Part shown: one piece after another, positions 19,764-29,187 of the stretch
Layout: each line of letters begins with the position of its first letter
Position numbering within the stretch: the first letter of the stretch is position 1
Source of the DNA: a virus
Length of the DNA: 64,000 nucleotides
Virus record (IMG/VR): IMGVR_UViG_3300030060_007423
Coordinates: 96,001 to 160,000 of that record
Direction: 5' to 3' (one strand)
Made by a program: the position numbers and the translations under genes
Notes under the pieces: model-generated
Database searches by the model: none
Seen by the model: the letters and a program-made list of their open reading frames with translations, nothing else
What the model was told of the DNA's origin: nothing

Positions 19764-20278
19764 TGTCAGATATAGTTAGGAAGAGACATAGTAAAAGACC
19801 ACTTCTTCAGGCAGAACTTGAAGTTGCAATGAAAAATAGCAAATCAAATAAAGGTGCAGCTAGATTTTTAGGAGTATCGTATAACACATATAAAAAATAT
19901 GCAAAGTTATATACAGATGAAAGTGGTACTACTCTTTTTGACAAACATCGTAACTGGTATGGAAGAGGTATTCCAAAAGTTAGAGACTTAGGAAAGATTC
20001 CATTGGAAGAAATACTTGAAGGTAAACATCCAACATATCCAAGATGGAAACTTAGAGAGAGATTAGTTAAGGCTGGATATTTGGAAGGTGCATGCCAAAA
20101 TTGTGGATATTGTGAAACACGAATCACTGACGGGAGAAGTCCACTGCTTCTAGAATTTAGTGATGAAAATGTAAATAACTTGAAGGTAGATAATCTATAC
20201 GAATTATGTTATAATTGTCACTTTCAATTAATAGGTGGATTAAATCAGAAAAAATCAAATAAATTACATGGAATTTAA
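19763..20278 (+). CDS. HTH plus degenerate HNH/Zn-finger protein
   Basis: AARFLGVSYNTY HTH; CQNCG...NLYELCYNCH. Confidence 0.65.
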   Translation: MSDIVRKRHSKRPLLQAELEVAMKNSKSNKGAARFLGVSYNTYKKYAKLYTDESGTTLFDKHRNWYGRGIPKVRDLGKIPLEEILEGKHPTYPRWKLRERLVKAGYLEGACQNCGYCETRITDGRSPLLLEFSDENVNNLKVDNLYELCYNCHFQLIGGLNQKKSNKLHGI

Positions 20279-20289
20279 TAGAATTAGTT

Positions 20290-20895
20290 ATGAATAAAAT
20301 AGATAGAAATAAATTAAATCCAAACAAGGTTGTTGGATTTACAGCAGGAAATTTTGACCTACTACATCCAGGTTATATTTATACATTTGAAGACGCAAGA
20401 AAACATTGTGATCACTTCATTGTATTTTTACAGAGAGACCCTTCAGCAACACGGTTTACTAAATATAAACCTGTGATACCATTGTATGAAAGATATAGGG
20501 CATTGATGTCAATACAATATATTGATGAAGTATACATTTATCAAACTGAGGAGGAACTTTATGAATTAATTAAATTCTTCAAACCAGATGTAAGAATCCT
20601 TGGAGAAGATTATATTGGTAAACCTTGCACAGGAGATGATCTTCCTCCAAAAATTATTTATACAAGTAGAGCTCATGGTTGGTCAACAACTAAGTTAAAG
20701 GATTTAATTACAAAGCAAACTGTAAAACAAAATCCAGATATACTTAATAATGAAAAAGATGAAGAAGACATGAGTGATGAGGTTGATAGAGAAGCAGAAT
20801 GGTTAATTGACCAACATAATAGAAATAGACCAGCTGAAGAACATATTGATAACATTGATGATTTGCCACAGAATAATCAAGCATTTGGAGATTAA
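20290..20895 (+). CDS. Glycerol-3-phosphate cytidylyltransferase-like protein (TagD/RfaE-II fold)
   Basis: GNFDLLHPGY, LGEDY and WSTT motifs. Confidence 0.8.
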   Translation: MNKIDRNKLNPNKVVGFTAGNFDLLHPGYIYTFEDARKHCDHFIVFLQRDPSATRFTKYKPVIPLYERYRALMSIQYIDEVYIYQTEEELYELIKFFKPDVRILGEDYIGKPCTGDDLPPKIIYTSRAHGWSTTKLKDLITKQTVKQNPDILNNEKDEEDMSDEVDREAEWLIDQHNRNRPAEEHIDNIDDLPQNNQAFGD

Positions 20896-20897
20896 TT

Positions 20898-21221
20898 ATG
20901 AAACATCCGTATTATGACAGTGATAGAAAAAAGAGAACAGAAAGATTTGCAATGGCAGCATGTTCCTTTAGCATAATTGGAATAGTTATCTTAATGATAG
21001 TTGCTTCATTCCTAAATTCTTGTAAAGATGCTCCAGAACCAACATTAGGCGATTTTCTTTCAGGTGATGAAAAAAATTTATTAGATACATTACAATCTAT
21101 AATACCAAATGGTGTTGGAATAATTGAATATGAAGATGGTACATGTGATAGTATAAGATACACTGAATCTGATGAAGATGTAAAGTGGATTGGAAATGAT
21201 GGGGTAGAGTTTTATGATTAA
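20898..21221 (+). CDS. Membrane or lipoprotein
   Basis: TM segment ending LNSC. Confidence 0.5.
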   Translation: MKHPYYDSDRKKRTERFAMAACSFSIIGIVILMIVASFLNSCKDAPEPTLGDFLSGDEKNLLDTLQSIIPNGVGIIEYEDGTCDSIRYTESDEDVKWIGNDGVEFYD

Positions 21222-21371
21222 AAAGACATGGGCAAACATATTATTTGTTTTAGCTTGTATTATAACAATACCAGTAGCAATAGGAATGACAGTATTTTTA
21301 TGGGTACTTGGTTCAGTTGCAATAGTATTGTCATCAATATTAACAACAATAGAAACATTAAGGAATAAGAA

Positions 21372-21590
21372 ATGAAAGTACATATTTACATACATAGAGA
21401 TGATGCAGCCACTGAAACTCTTGACCCTAAAACATATTGCATAAATCAACCTCCACAATACACTGAAGGTAAAAGTGATTATGTAATGGTTTCAATAACA
21501 ACAGACGAGTTTTGTGAGTTGGAAGATATGAGAGGTGATGCGACAGTTCAGGGCGACATATTAGATTCTGAAAAGCTACAGAATATTTAA
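21372..21590 (+). CDS. Hypothetical protein
   Basis: ORF. Confidence 0.5.
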   Translation: MKVHIYIHRDDAATETLDPKTYCINQPPQYTEGKSDYVMVSITTDEFCELEDMRGDATVQGDILDSEKLQNI

Positions 21591-21640
21591 CAATAGATTA
21601 ACATTAGATTAATATAATTGTAGCATATTTTCTATATTTA
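21587..21640 (+). promoter_or_regulatory. Three 11-bp-periodic TTAA(C/T)A repeats upstream of a TATATTTA element
   Basis: TTAACA at 21587, TTAACA at 21598, TTAATA at 21609. Confidence 0.5.
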
Positions 21641-21645
21641 TTAAT

Positions 21646-21723
21646 ATGGAAACCAAAAAACTTGATATAACTCCTGCAATTTATGTAACAATAATGATTG
21701 TTGTATTCCTATTAGCACTCTAA
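21646..21723 (+). CDS. 25-aa hydrophobic peptide
   Basis: METKKLDITPAIYVTIMIVVFLLAL directly after promoter. Confidence 0.45.
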   Translation: METKKLDITPAIYVTIMIVVFLLAL

Positions 21724-21724
21724 T

Positions 21725-21805
21725 TGTTAATAACTTTTTTAGCTTTTTTTAGAAAAAAGTCTCCCAAAAATTTTTTTTTCCCAATAATTCTAGTTATATT
21801 TATAT
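21725..21805 (+). promoter_or_regulatory. Repeated early-promoter cassette, copy 1
   Basis: TGTTAATAACTTT...TTTCCCAA-N6-TAGTTATATTTATA. Confidence 0.8.
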
Positions 21806-21830
21806 ATAAATAATTGATAATACTAAAACT

Positions 21831-22286
21831 ATGATAATATACATTGACTTAGACGGTGTACTTGCTGACTTTCAAAAGGCTGCATCACAACATCCAGATT
21901 ATGGAACAAAAGGTTTCAGACCAGATTTAACATTAGATTTTTCTAAATTTGATATAATTCCTGGAGCAAAAGATGCGGTAAAACAAATACTAGATATGGG
22001 ACATGATGTTTATATTGCAAGCACGGCTCCTTGGGACAATCCAAATGCTTGGACTCAGAAGAGAGAATGGGTAGGAAAAAACTTTCCAGAACTAAAAAGA
22101 AAAGTATTTTTAACTCACCACAAAAACCTGCTTAAAGGTGACATTCTTATTGATGATTCAACATACAGAGGACAAACTGAGTTTGAAGGAGAATTTATGA
22201 AGTTTGACCCTAGCATTGGTTACGATTGGGATTTCATGGTTAAGTCAATTGATAATATGACTAAGTTGTTAAAAATAATTTGTTAA
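21831..22286 (+). CDS. 5'(3')-deoxyribonucleotidase (NT5C, HAD)
   Basis: IDLDGVLADF, ST.PW, K..W and LIDD motifs. Confidence 0.88.
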   Translation: MIIYIDLDGVLADFQKAASQHPDYGTKGFRPDLTLDFSKFDIIPGAKDAVKQILDMGHDVYIASTAPWDNPNAWTQKREWVGKNFPELKRKVFLTHHKNLLKGDILIDDSTYRGQTEFEGEFMKFDPSIGYDWDFMVKSIDNMTKLLKIIC

Positions 22287-22350
22287 TAACTTTTATAAAA
22301 AAGTTGTGAAAATAGTTTTTTTTCCCAATAATTCTAGTTATATTTATATA
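22281..22350 (+). promoter_or_regulatory. Early-promoter cassette, copy 2
   Basis: Same motif set as copy 1. Confidence 0.8.
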
Positions 22351-22382
22351 TAACAAATTGGTAATAATAATAAATACTAAAT

Positions 22383-22724
22383 ATGAAAATAGATAAATCT
22401 ATCGCTACAAAGTTCAGAGCAGACTTTCAGAAAACTGTTCAAAAGTTAGAAAAAAAATACGGAATGAGAATCTCTTTAGGTAACATTCGCTATGATTCAG
22501 AAGAATTAAAGAGTACTTTGACAGCAATATCTGTTAAAGGTGGTGGTACCAAAAGACTTTCAATGTCTGATATATTTATTGGTGACAAGGTTTTGATTAA
22601 CCACAGAAAAACTAAAGGTCAATCATTTGAAGTTACTAAGAAAGCAATCAAGAATGTACAAGTTCAAAACACAAAAACTGGTGAAAGGTTTACTGTAGCG
22701 CCAAGTTTATTAATTAAAATATAA
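22383..22724 (+). CDS. Hypothetical early protein
   Basis: ORF behind promoter. Confidence 0.65.
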   Translation: MKIDKSIATKFRADFQKTVQKLEKKYGMRISLGNIRYDSEELKSTLTAISVKGGGTKRLSMSDIFIGDKVLINHRKTKGQSFEVTKKAIKNVQVQNTKTGERFTVAPSLLIKI

Positions 22725-22727
22725 TAT

Positions 22728-24008
22728 ATGAAAGAATTAAAGCAGTTTATAGATGAAATGAAAAATACTTCTTCACTTAATGAAAAGAAGAAGATTATTG
22801 AAAAGTACAAAGACAATAAATTTATTATGAAGGTTATACAATATACTTATGACCCTTATAAGAAATACAATGTCACAAGTAAAAATTGTAAAAAGCTCTC
22901 TCATATTTGTGATGAAGATTGTGGATTTGTAGATTTGTTTGAATTGTTAGATGATTTAGATAATAGAACTTATACAGGACATGATGCAATTGCAATGGTT
23001 AATGGATATATCTTTCAGAATTCAGATTATGAAGATGTAATTTTTGGTATCATTGACAGAAATATTGAGATTCGTGCAAATGCCAGTGTATTCAATAAAA
23101 TAATTCCAGGACTTGTACCAACATTTGATGTTGCATTAGCAACTAAATATGAATCAAGATTTTGTGATTTTGATAATGAAGAGTGGTATGCAAGTAGAAA
23201 ACTTGACGGTGTAAGATGTATTGTTAGAAAGGATGGAGATACTATTAAAGCTTACTCACGAGCTGGTAATGAATTCACAACTTTACAAAAAGTATTGGAT
23301 GATGTAAAGTTAATGCCTGGTGATTTTGTATTAGATGGTGAGATTTGTATGATGGATGAAAATGGCAATGAAGATTTTCAAGGTATCATGAAACAAATCA
23401 AAAAGAAGAATCATACTATTGAAAATCCAAAATTTGTTATATTTGATTACTTAAGTCTTAGTGAATTTGATAATAAAACTAGCCAAATGATTTTATCAGA
23501 AAGACTTAATGAACTCAAAGGAGAAATTCCACATGATGGGTATTATGATTACTTAACTTTACTTCCTCAGCAACTTGTAAATAGTGAAGAAGAACTTTTA
23601 GAGATGACAGCTGAAGCTGAAACCAATGGTTATGAAGGAGTTATGTTAAGAAAGAATGTTGGTTATGAAGGTAAGAGAAGCAAAAATCTTTTGAAATGTA
23701 AAAAATTCCATGATGCAGAATATAAAGTTATGGGAGCTACCAATGGAGATATTAGAATTATTGAAGATGGAAAAGAAAAGACAATAAATTGTTTGAGTAT
23801 GATTACAATAAATCATAAAGGAACTCAAGTTGGTGTTGGTTCAGGATTTAATTTTGACCAAAGAAAAGAATTTGGAAAGGATCACAGTAAAATTTTAGGT
23901 AAGACAATTACCGTACAATATTTTGAAGAAAGTAAAAATCAATTTGGAGAATACTCATTGAGATTTCCAGTAATTAAACATATATTTGAAAATGGAAGAA
24001 ATGTCTAA
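22728..24008 (+). CDS. ATP-dependent DNA ligase
   Basis: KLDGVR, LDGE, FD, EGVMLR, GSG and SLRFP motifs. Confidence 0.95.
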   Translation: MKELKQFIDEMKNTSSLNEKKKIIEKYKDNKFIMKVIQYTYDPYKKYNVTSKNCKKLSHICDEDCGFVDLFELLDDLDNRTYTGHDAIAMVNGYIFQNSDYEDVIFGIIDRNIEIRANASVFNKIIPGLVPTFDVALATKYESRFCDFDNEEWYASRKLDGVRCIVRKDGDTIKAYSRAGNEFTTLQKVLDDVKLMPGDFVLDGEICMMDENGNEDFQGIMKQIKKKNHTIENPKFVIFDYLSLSEFDNKTSQMILSERLNELKGEIPHDGYYDYLTLLPQQLVNSEEELLEMTAEAETNGYEGVMLRKNVGYEGKRSKNLLKCKKFHDAEYKVMGATNGDIRIIEDGKEKTINCLSMITINHKGTQVGVGSGFNFDQRKEFGKDHSKILGKTITVQYFEESKNQFGEYSLRFPVIKHIFENGRNV

Positions 24009-24009
24009 T

Positions 24010-24528
24010 ATGAAGATAGCATACCTACATGGATTAGAAAGTAAAGTTGGTGGACCAAAAGTAGATTGGTTAATGAGTCTTGGTCATAAAGTTATATTTC
24101 CAAAAATGGACTATAGTGATGTAAATGAGTTTAGAGATACACTCCACCTTTTAGAAATGTATAAGCCAGATTTAATTATTGGTTCAAGTATGGGTGGTTG
24201 GTTTGCATGGAATATTGGAAAGATATTAAAAGTTCCAGTATTATTGTACAATCCTGCAATACTTGCACCTACATTAATTGATGTACCATTATGGGACAGT
24301 AAAGTATTTTTGGCATTAGGTACAAGTGATGAAGTAATAAATCCTAATCAAACAATTAAGTTATTGAACATGATTGATAAACATGATTTCAATATGAACA
24401 ATGTTTGGAAAGGTCCACATGGACATCAAACTCCACTCGATGTATTTCAATCAGCATTTTTATATTTTCAAAACAATATAAAAGCAAATATTAATCTATA
24501 TAAAAGACATAAACATGATAAAATATAA
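24010..24528 (+). CDS. YqiA-like alpha/beta hydrolase
   Basis: YLHG, GSSMGG, NPA, D and H motifs. Confidence 0.85.
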   Translation: MKIAYLHGLESKVGGPKVDWLMSLGHKVIFPKMDYSDVNEFRDTLHLLEMYKPDLIIGSSMGGWFAWNIGKILKVPVLLYNPAILAPTLIDVPLWDSKVFLALGTSDEVINPNQTIKLLNMIDKHDFNMNNVWKGPHGHQTPLDVFQSAFLYFQNNIKANINLYKRHKHDKI

Positions 24529-24820
24529 AGGAATTGCTCCACCAACATTTATGGAATTAAATGGTAAAAATTATTTAATGCCAGGTTTTACAGAAGTACC
24601 ACATTCGTGCGGTGTACACAACTGGAATGATTACATTGTTTGGGAAAGAATTGAAAGTAAAGATTCTCCAAGTGATAAGTGGACAGTTGAAAGTTCATCA
24701 ACAGCTGGAATATTTTACACTGTGAAAAAAGTTGGAGAAAATTATGAATGTGATTGTCCTGGCTATAGGTTTAGAAGAAAAGAATGTAGACACATTAGGG
24801 GAATAAAAGAGTCAGTATAA
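24515..24820 (+). CDS. SWIM zinc-finger protein
   Basis: CDCPG.....ECRHI. Confidence 0.75.
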   Translation: MIKYKGIAPPTFMELNGKNYLMPGFTEVPHSCGVHNWNDYIVWERIESKDSPSDKWTVESSSTAGIFYTVKKVGENYECDCPGYRFRRKECRHIRGIKESV

Positions 24821-24857
24821 ATCACAAATTGAATGTATAACTTAATATTTATAATAA

Positions 24858-25169
24858 ATGGAGAACTTTAATATGTTTAACTTTAATTCAGATAATGACA
24901 AATATGACGAAGTTGATTTACAAGATATCTTATATCAACTAAGAGGTGATGCAATGGAAAGAGGATTTGAAATTGTAATGGAAGAAGGAATTTCTGGATT
25001 AAGAGACTTAGGAAGTAATAAACCAAGGTTAATAGTAGAAAAAATGATAAAGTACTATTCACAGCCCGACATTGAGGAATATGAAAAGTGCGCCGAACTC
25101 GTTAAATTGTTACGTAATGACAAAATCAAAGAAGCAACGCTACCACAGAACATATCTAAAACTAGCTAA
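24858..25169 (+). CDS. Hypothetical protein with UVR-like motif
   Basis: EEYEKCAEL. Confidence 0.55.
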   Translation: MENFNMFNFNSDNDKYDEVDLQDILYQLRGDAMERGFEIVMEEGISGLRDLGSNKPRLIVEKMIKYYSQPDIEEYEKCAELVKLLRNDKIKEATLPQNISKTS

Positions 25170-25539
25170 AGAGTGGTCCAAACTTTCTCATGCAAAGAGA
25201 ATGCAAGTTGGAGCCATTATGGTTAAAGATGGAATGATAATTTCAGACGGGTACAATGGTACTCCATCAGGATTTAATAATTCTTGTGAAGATAGTGAAG
25301 GCAATACAAAACCAGAAGTATTACATGCAGAGGCCAATGCAATACTTAAGTGTGCAAAACATGGTACAAGTTGCGAAGGTGCAACATTATACATCACATT
25401 AAGTCCATGTCAAGATTGTGCAAAATTAATTCATCAAGCAGGTATTAAAGAAGTAATCTATGAAGATGAATATAGATATGGAAATGGCTTAGAATTCCTA
25501 AAAAAATGTGGTGTCAATGTTAAAAAAATAGCAAAATAA
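25117..25539 (+). CDS. dCMP deaminase
   Basis: GYNGTPSG, HAEANA and PCQDC motifs; start re-set to MTKSKK. Confidence 0.92.
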   Translation: MTKSKKQRYHRTYLKLAKEWSKLSHAKRMQVGAIMVKDGMIISDGYNGTPSGFNNSCEDSEGNTKPEVLHAEANAILKCAKHGTSCEGATLYITLSPCQDCAKLIHQAGIKEVIYEDEYRYGNGLEFLKKCGVNVKKIAK

Positions 25540-25593
25540 TTTTTTTATATCAAAAAAAATGGTTATATTAATTAAAAATTTAGAATAAAAGTT

Positions 25594-25968
25594 ATGATAA
25601 ACGAGAGAAGATACGAACAGTTTAAGAAGTACAAAAGAACAGTATTAAGAATGTTTCCACATGCAGAGACAAAGATAAGACCAAATGGCAAATTTACTGT
25701 TGAAGATGGCTTTGGTAGATGTATATTAAGACATTACCCTGATGTTGCAATGTGTGACAATATTTTCAATGCATGGAAAAATATTACAATTGTAAAGCAT
25801 TGGGATAGAATTGAACAACGAAACATTAAGAAGTCAAGAATTGATGTTAAAAATGTTGTAGGAAATACATCAAACATGCCAAGAAAAGAAGGCTGGGAGT
25901 ATCAAGATAATAATATATCAAATACTGGAGAAGTATATGATGAAGCAAATCAATATTCAAACGATTAA
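25594..25968 (+). CDS. Hypothetical protein
   Basis: ORF behind promoter at ~25540-25572. Confidence 0.6.
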   Translation: MINERRYEQFKKYKRTVLRMFPHAETKIRPNGKFTVEDGFGRCILRHYPDVAMCDNIFNAWKNITIVKHWDRIEQRNIKKSRIDVKNVVGNTSNMPRKEGWEYQDNNISNTGEVYDEANQYSND

Positions 25969-25985
25969 AAATAGGAGAAATAGTT

Positions 25986-26201
25986 ATGAAAATGTATTAT
26001 GTAGCAAATGTAAGGTTTACAGACGATAGTCGTAAAGGTGCAAAACAATTTACCAAAGAATTTTTAGTAGAAGCAGTAAGTATCACAGATGCTGAAACAA
26101 CTCTCACAAAAGCATTAAGAGAGGAAGGTACTGTTTTAGACTTTGAGGTCAGAGGTATAAGAGCAAGTAGAGTTGAAGAAGTTTATGCAAAACCTGAATA
26201 A
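25986..26201 (+). CDS. DUF4494-like protein
   Basis: EFLVEAVSITDAE motif typical of Bacteroidota DUF4494. Confidence 0.6.
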   Translation: MKMYYVANVRFTDDSRKGAKQFTKEFLVEAVSITDAETTLTKALREEGTVLDFEVRGIRASRVEEVYAKPE

Positions 26202-26308
26202 TAGAATTGAAATAGAAATGTCAAATGTAACTGTTAAAGATTTTAACAATTGGCATGAAGGACTAAGTCCAATAGAATTATGGATGTATAATAAATTAAT
26301 AAATAAAA

Positions 26309-26695
26309 ATGGCAAAGAAAAGTAAATATCAGAGAAGACGAGCTATCGAATGTAAGATAGTCGAAAAGAGTAAAAAGAATCCAGGTTATTGTAAGTATGA
26401 TATTACAATACAGGAATTGGATGGAAAAGTACATACTCAACCAGCTTATGGTACAGATATGCAAGATGCATTATCCAGATTAATGAATACAGAAAGAACA
26501 ACAAAGATAGAAAAGAAATTAGAGAAAAATCCTTTAATATTCTTTCTTATGTGGTTAGGACTTATGGCATTGCCAGTTATATGGCATGGTGATATAACAT
26601 ATACTCCTTGGTTTATATTGTATATGTTTGCTAGTTTTGCTGCAATGTTTTTATTCGCAGGATTGTGGCAAAGTTATTTGGAAAAGGGAAAGTAA
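26309..26695 (+). CDS. Membrane protein
   Basis: Two C-terminal TM segments. Confidence 0.6.
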   Translation: MAKKSKYQRRRAIECKIVEKSKKNPGYCKYDITIQELDGKVHTQPAYGTDMQDALSRLMNTERTTKIEKKLEKNPLIFFLMWLGLMALPVIWHGDITYTPWFILYMFASFAAMFLFAGLWQSYLEKGK

Positions 26696-27009
26696 TGAAT
26701 TATGTTCCAATACCTAAAGGTGCTGAGCCACCAATGTTGAGATTTGAAACGGATATGGAGTTTCATCAAGAATTATCAAAGTATGAACATGAAATTCATA
26801 TTAGAACATTATATGCAATTCAATACGCATATGATACAAATTTTGAAGATGATGTAACAATTGCATTTATGAATGATGAAGAGACTATACTAAGTGTACC
26901 AAAGGATTGTTGGAAAGAAAATCTAGAGAATACACTTAAGTATTTTATTGATATAGAAGATTACAAAAAATGTAAAGAAGTACAACAATTAATGGATAAA
27001 GTAAAATGA
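26695..27009 (+). CDS. Hypothetical protein with UVR-like C-terminal motif
   Basis: YFIDIEDYKKCKEV. Confidence 0.55.
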   Translation: MNYVPIPKGAEPPMLRFETDMEFHQELSKYEHEIHIRTLYAIQYAYDTNFEDDVTIAFMNDEETILSVPKDCWKENLENTLKYFIDIEDYKKCKEVQQLMDKVK

Positions 27010-27311
27010 AATTGGATATTAACAAAATTGATTTAGACCAATTGGCTCATGATTTTAGAATGGAAAGTATAAAGTGGTATGATAAAGAATACTTTATATG
27101 GTTTGTCAAATCAGTGGTATTATGTAGAGATGTAAAGCAAACAGGTGTACCGTTTAGGCGAATGTACAAGAATGCTAATAACTTTATGTTAGTTAAAGAT
27201 AAGAATACAGCTCTTCTTGATTATAGAAATAAAGGTCAAGATAACTGGGATTGTATACCTACACATCTTTTACATGGTGAAAAATATTATTTGTGTTGGA
27301 CATATGAGTAG
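27006..27311 (+). CDS. Hypothetical protein
   Basis: Coupled ORF. Confidence 0.55.
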   Translation: MKLDINKIDLDQLAHDFRMESIKWYDKEYFIWFVKSVVLCRDVKQTGVPFRRMYKNANNFMLVKDKNTALLDYRNKGQDNWDCIPTHLLHGEKYYLCWTYE

Positions 27312-27582
27312 ACGGGATAGATTTTATATTGTAATTAAGTGGCATTACAACCCAACAACAAATGAAGTAGGTAAAAGAAAAAAGCTACCAGTGTTGATGA
27401 TGGATTCAGATGGTAACCCGTTAGAGTTTGATACATTAACATCGGCAGAAGAATTTACAGAGATTATGAACTTCAATACTAATCAAGGATTTCATTATGA
27501 GATACGAGAATTAGGAAAGAAGTACTTAAAGGTCAATAACAATAGTAGTAACAATGATGGATTTGATGACAGGTGCGGCTGA
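27304..27582 (+). CDS. Hypothetical protein
   Basis: Start re-set to MSRRDRF. Confidence 0.55.
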   Translation: MSRRDRFYIVIKWHYNPTTNEVGKRKKLPVLMMDSDGNPLEFDTLTSAEEFTEIMNFNTNQGFHYEIRELGKKYLKVNNNSSNNDGFDDRCG

Positions 27583-27624
27583 CCCCCGCCCGGCCCGGCG
27601 AAGTTCGCACATGCGATGTCGCAC
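27576..27624 (+). repeat. GC-rich element, left copy of an inverted pair
   Basis: CGGCTG-C-tract-GCGAAGT..CACATGCGATG..GCAC; reverse-complement match at 34119-34166. Confidence 0.75.
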
Positions 27625-27698
27625 ATCAAACCCTAACCAGAAAATTGCCTTTACAAGTTATCAACAACTTTACAAGGCCAGACAAGGAGCAACAAATT

Positions 27699-27920
27699 AT
27701 GGCATGGGAAGATTTTTGGTGGGATATAACAAAAGAAATAGAAGAGTTGGGAATCAAACGAGATTTTGACAAACAACTCAAAAAAATGGATATGCAAGAC
27801 AAACACAAGTATCGTGACACACGGGACAGATGGAGTTATGCACTTGACAAAGTAAAGAAGAGATTATATGCAAAGCAAAATGGCAAGAAAACACGTAAAG
27901 ATGGCAACAACAAATCATGA
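27699..27920 (+). CDS. Hypothetical protein
   Basis: AAGGAG plus MAWEDFWW start. Confidence 0.6.
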   Translation: MAWEDFWWDITKEIEELGIKRDFDKQLKKMDMQDKHKYRDTRDRWSYALDKVKKRLYAKQNGKKTRKDGNNKS

Positions 27921-28051
27921 TATAGAACCTTGGGCGAAAGTCCTGATGTTGGAAATCGACCAGTTATTAAAGCGTGATAATAGAGATGTAACAGCCAGTG
28001 TTAGGAAAGACCTGACACGTTTTATAGATTATATAACAAACGGAGACAAAA

Positions 28052-28294
28052 ATGGAAATGACTAAACAAATTATGGACGCCTTGTTGGCAAAGTATGAAG
28101 CAGACAAAATGAGAGCATTCGCTAATCTTCAAAATTATTTGACAAACCCAGCAGGTATTGGAGAACATCCAGATATAGTTGCGGAATGTGATAAACTAGT
28201 TAGTGATATTGATGATGCGATTGGCAAGATAGATACATTAAGACAATTATTTAGTAGTGGTGACCAGGGTGAGCAAAAAGAAGGCAATGAATAA
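28052..28294 (+). CDS. Conserved phage protein (YLxNPAGIGEHPDI family)
   Basis: Motif I associate with T4-like marine phage proteins. Confidence 0.65.
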   Translation: MEMTKQIMDALLAKYEADKMRAFANLQNYLTNPAGIGEHPDIVAECDKLVSDIDDAIGKIDTLRQLFSSGDQGEQKEGNE

Positions 28295-28307
28295 TAGCGA
28301 TAGATAA

Positions 28308-28712
28308 ATGACAGAGAAACAACCAGACAAATTTGTAATACCAGATTGGTGTGTAGCTACATATGATTGGAATAGACTAGATATACGGATAGAATACGAG
28401 GAAGGTATGGTATATCAGTTTCATGGCGTACATCCAGATAGATGGACACAATGGAAGCAGGCTGATGATCCCCTATTCTATTATTATAGACACATCATGA
28501 CGTGTAGATGGACCTGTGAAAGCCATCCCAACTGGTCTCCTGTGTCATTACCGGTAGAAGTGGCAGGAAATGCCAGTGAATCCTCTAGTCAAAGTGATAG
28601 TGAAGCACAAGAGAATCAAATGGCTGAAAAAACTATGAGTGTGACTAGGAAGGAGCCCATTTCTGGCAGTCTGGATGATACTCATGAGCACGACACAAGT
28701 GTGGCAAAGTAA
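28308..28712 (+). CDS. KTSC-domain protein with low-complexity tail
   Basis: YD...L.IEY..G.VYQF.GV....W......YY..HI pattern. Confidence 0.55.
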   Translation: MTEKQPDKFVIPDWCVATYDWNRLDIRIEYEEGMVYQFHGVHPDRWTQWKQADDPLFYYYRHIMTCRWTCESHPNWSPVSLPVEVAGNASESSSQSDSEAQENQMAEKTMSVTRKEPISGSLDDTHEHDTSVAK

Positions 28713-28804
28713 TCGTTAGATAGACTATCCGGCATGGCTAGACTCACGATAAGAGTGATGGATGGTATGTCAGATTTGCCACTGGTCGTGCCACATTGTC
28801 ATGG

Positions 28805-28858
28805 AAAAAAGTTGTGAAAATATTTTTTTTTCCCAATTATTCTAGTTATATTTATAGT
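28805..28858 (+). promoter_or_regulatory. Early-promoter cassette, copy 3
   Basis: AAAAAAGTTGTGAAAATA...TTTCCCAA...CTAGTTATATTTATA. Confidence 0.75.
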
Positions 28859-28885
28859 ATAATAATGGTTAAAAAATATAATACT

Positions 28886-29062
28886 ATGAATGAAAAAAAT
28901 CACTTAGAAAATCTTTATGACGTTTATCTTTACTGTCCATCTATCGACTCTGCAAAGGTCTGTACTGTGGAAGCAACTCACTACACTAATGCTAAGACAA
29001 AAGCTTTGGATATGTATCCTGGTTATGTATTGCTTGAGGATCAACTGTCTACACAATGTTAA
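28886..29062 (+). CDS. Small early protein
   Basis: Start re-set to MNEKNHL after promoter. Confidence 0.55.
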   Translation: MNEKNHLENLYDVYLYCPSIDSAKVCTVEATHYTNAKTKALDMYPGYVLLEDQLSTQC

Positions 29063-29137
29063 TAACTTTGACAATATTGTTAATAACTTTACGTAAAAGT
29101 ATAGCATAAAACCCAATAAATCTAGTTATATTTATAA
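29057..29137 (+). promoter_or_regulatory. Early-promoter cassette, copy 4 (two TGTTAATAACTTT boxes)
   Basis: Boxes at 29057 and 29078; CCCAA...CTAGTTATATTTATA. Confidence 0.75.
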
Positions 29138-29187
29138 TATAATTGGTTCGGATAGAAATTAAAAATTAAAACAAAAAAACGTCGCTT

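Noticed and set aside
27554-27769. ORFs reading through the GC-rich element
   Set aside because: The downstream gene has its own AAGGAG and ATG at 27699, so the GC island is better explained as a non-coding site.
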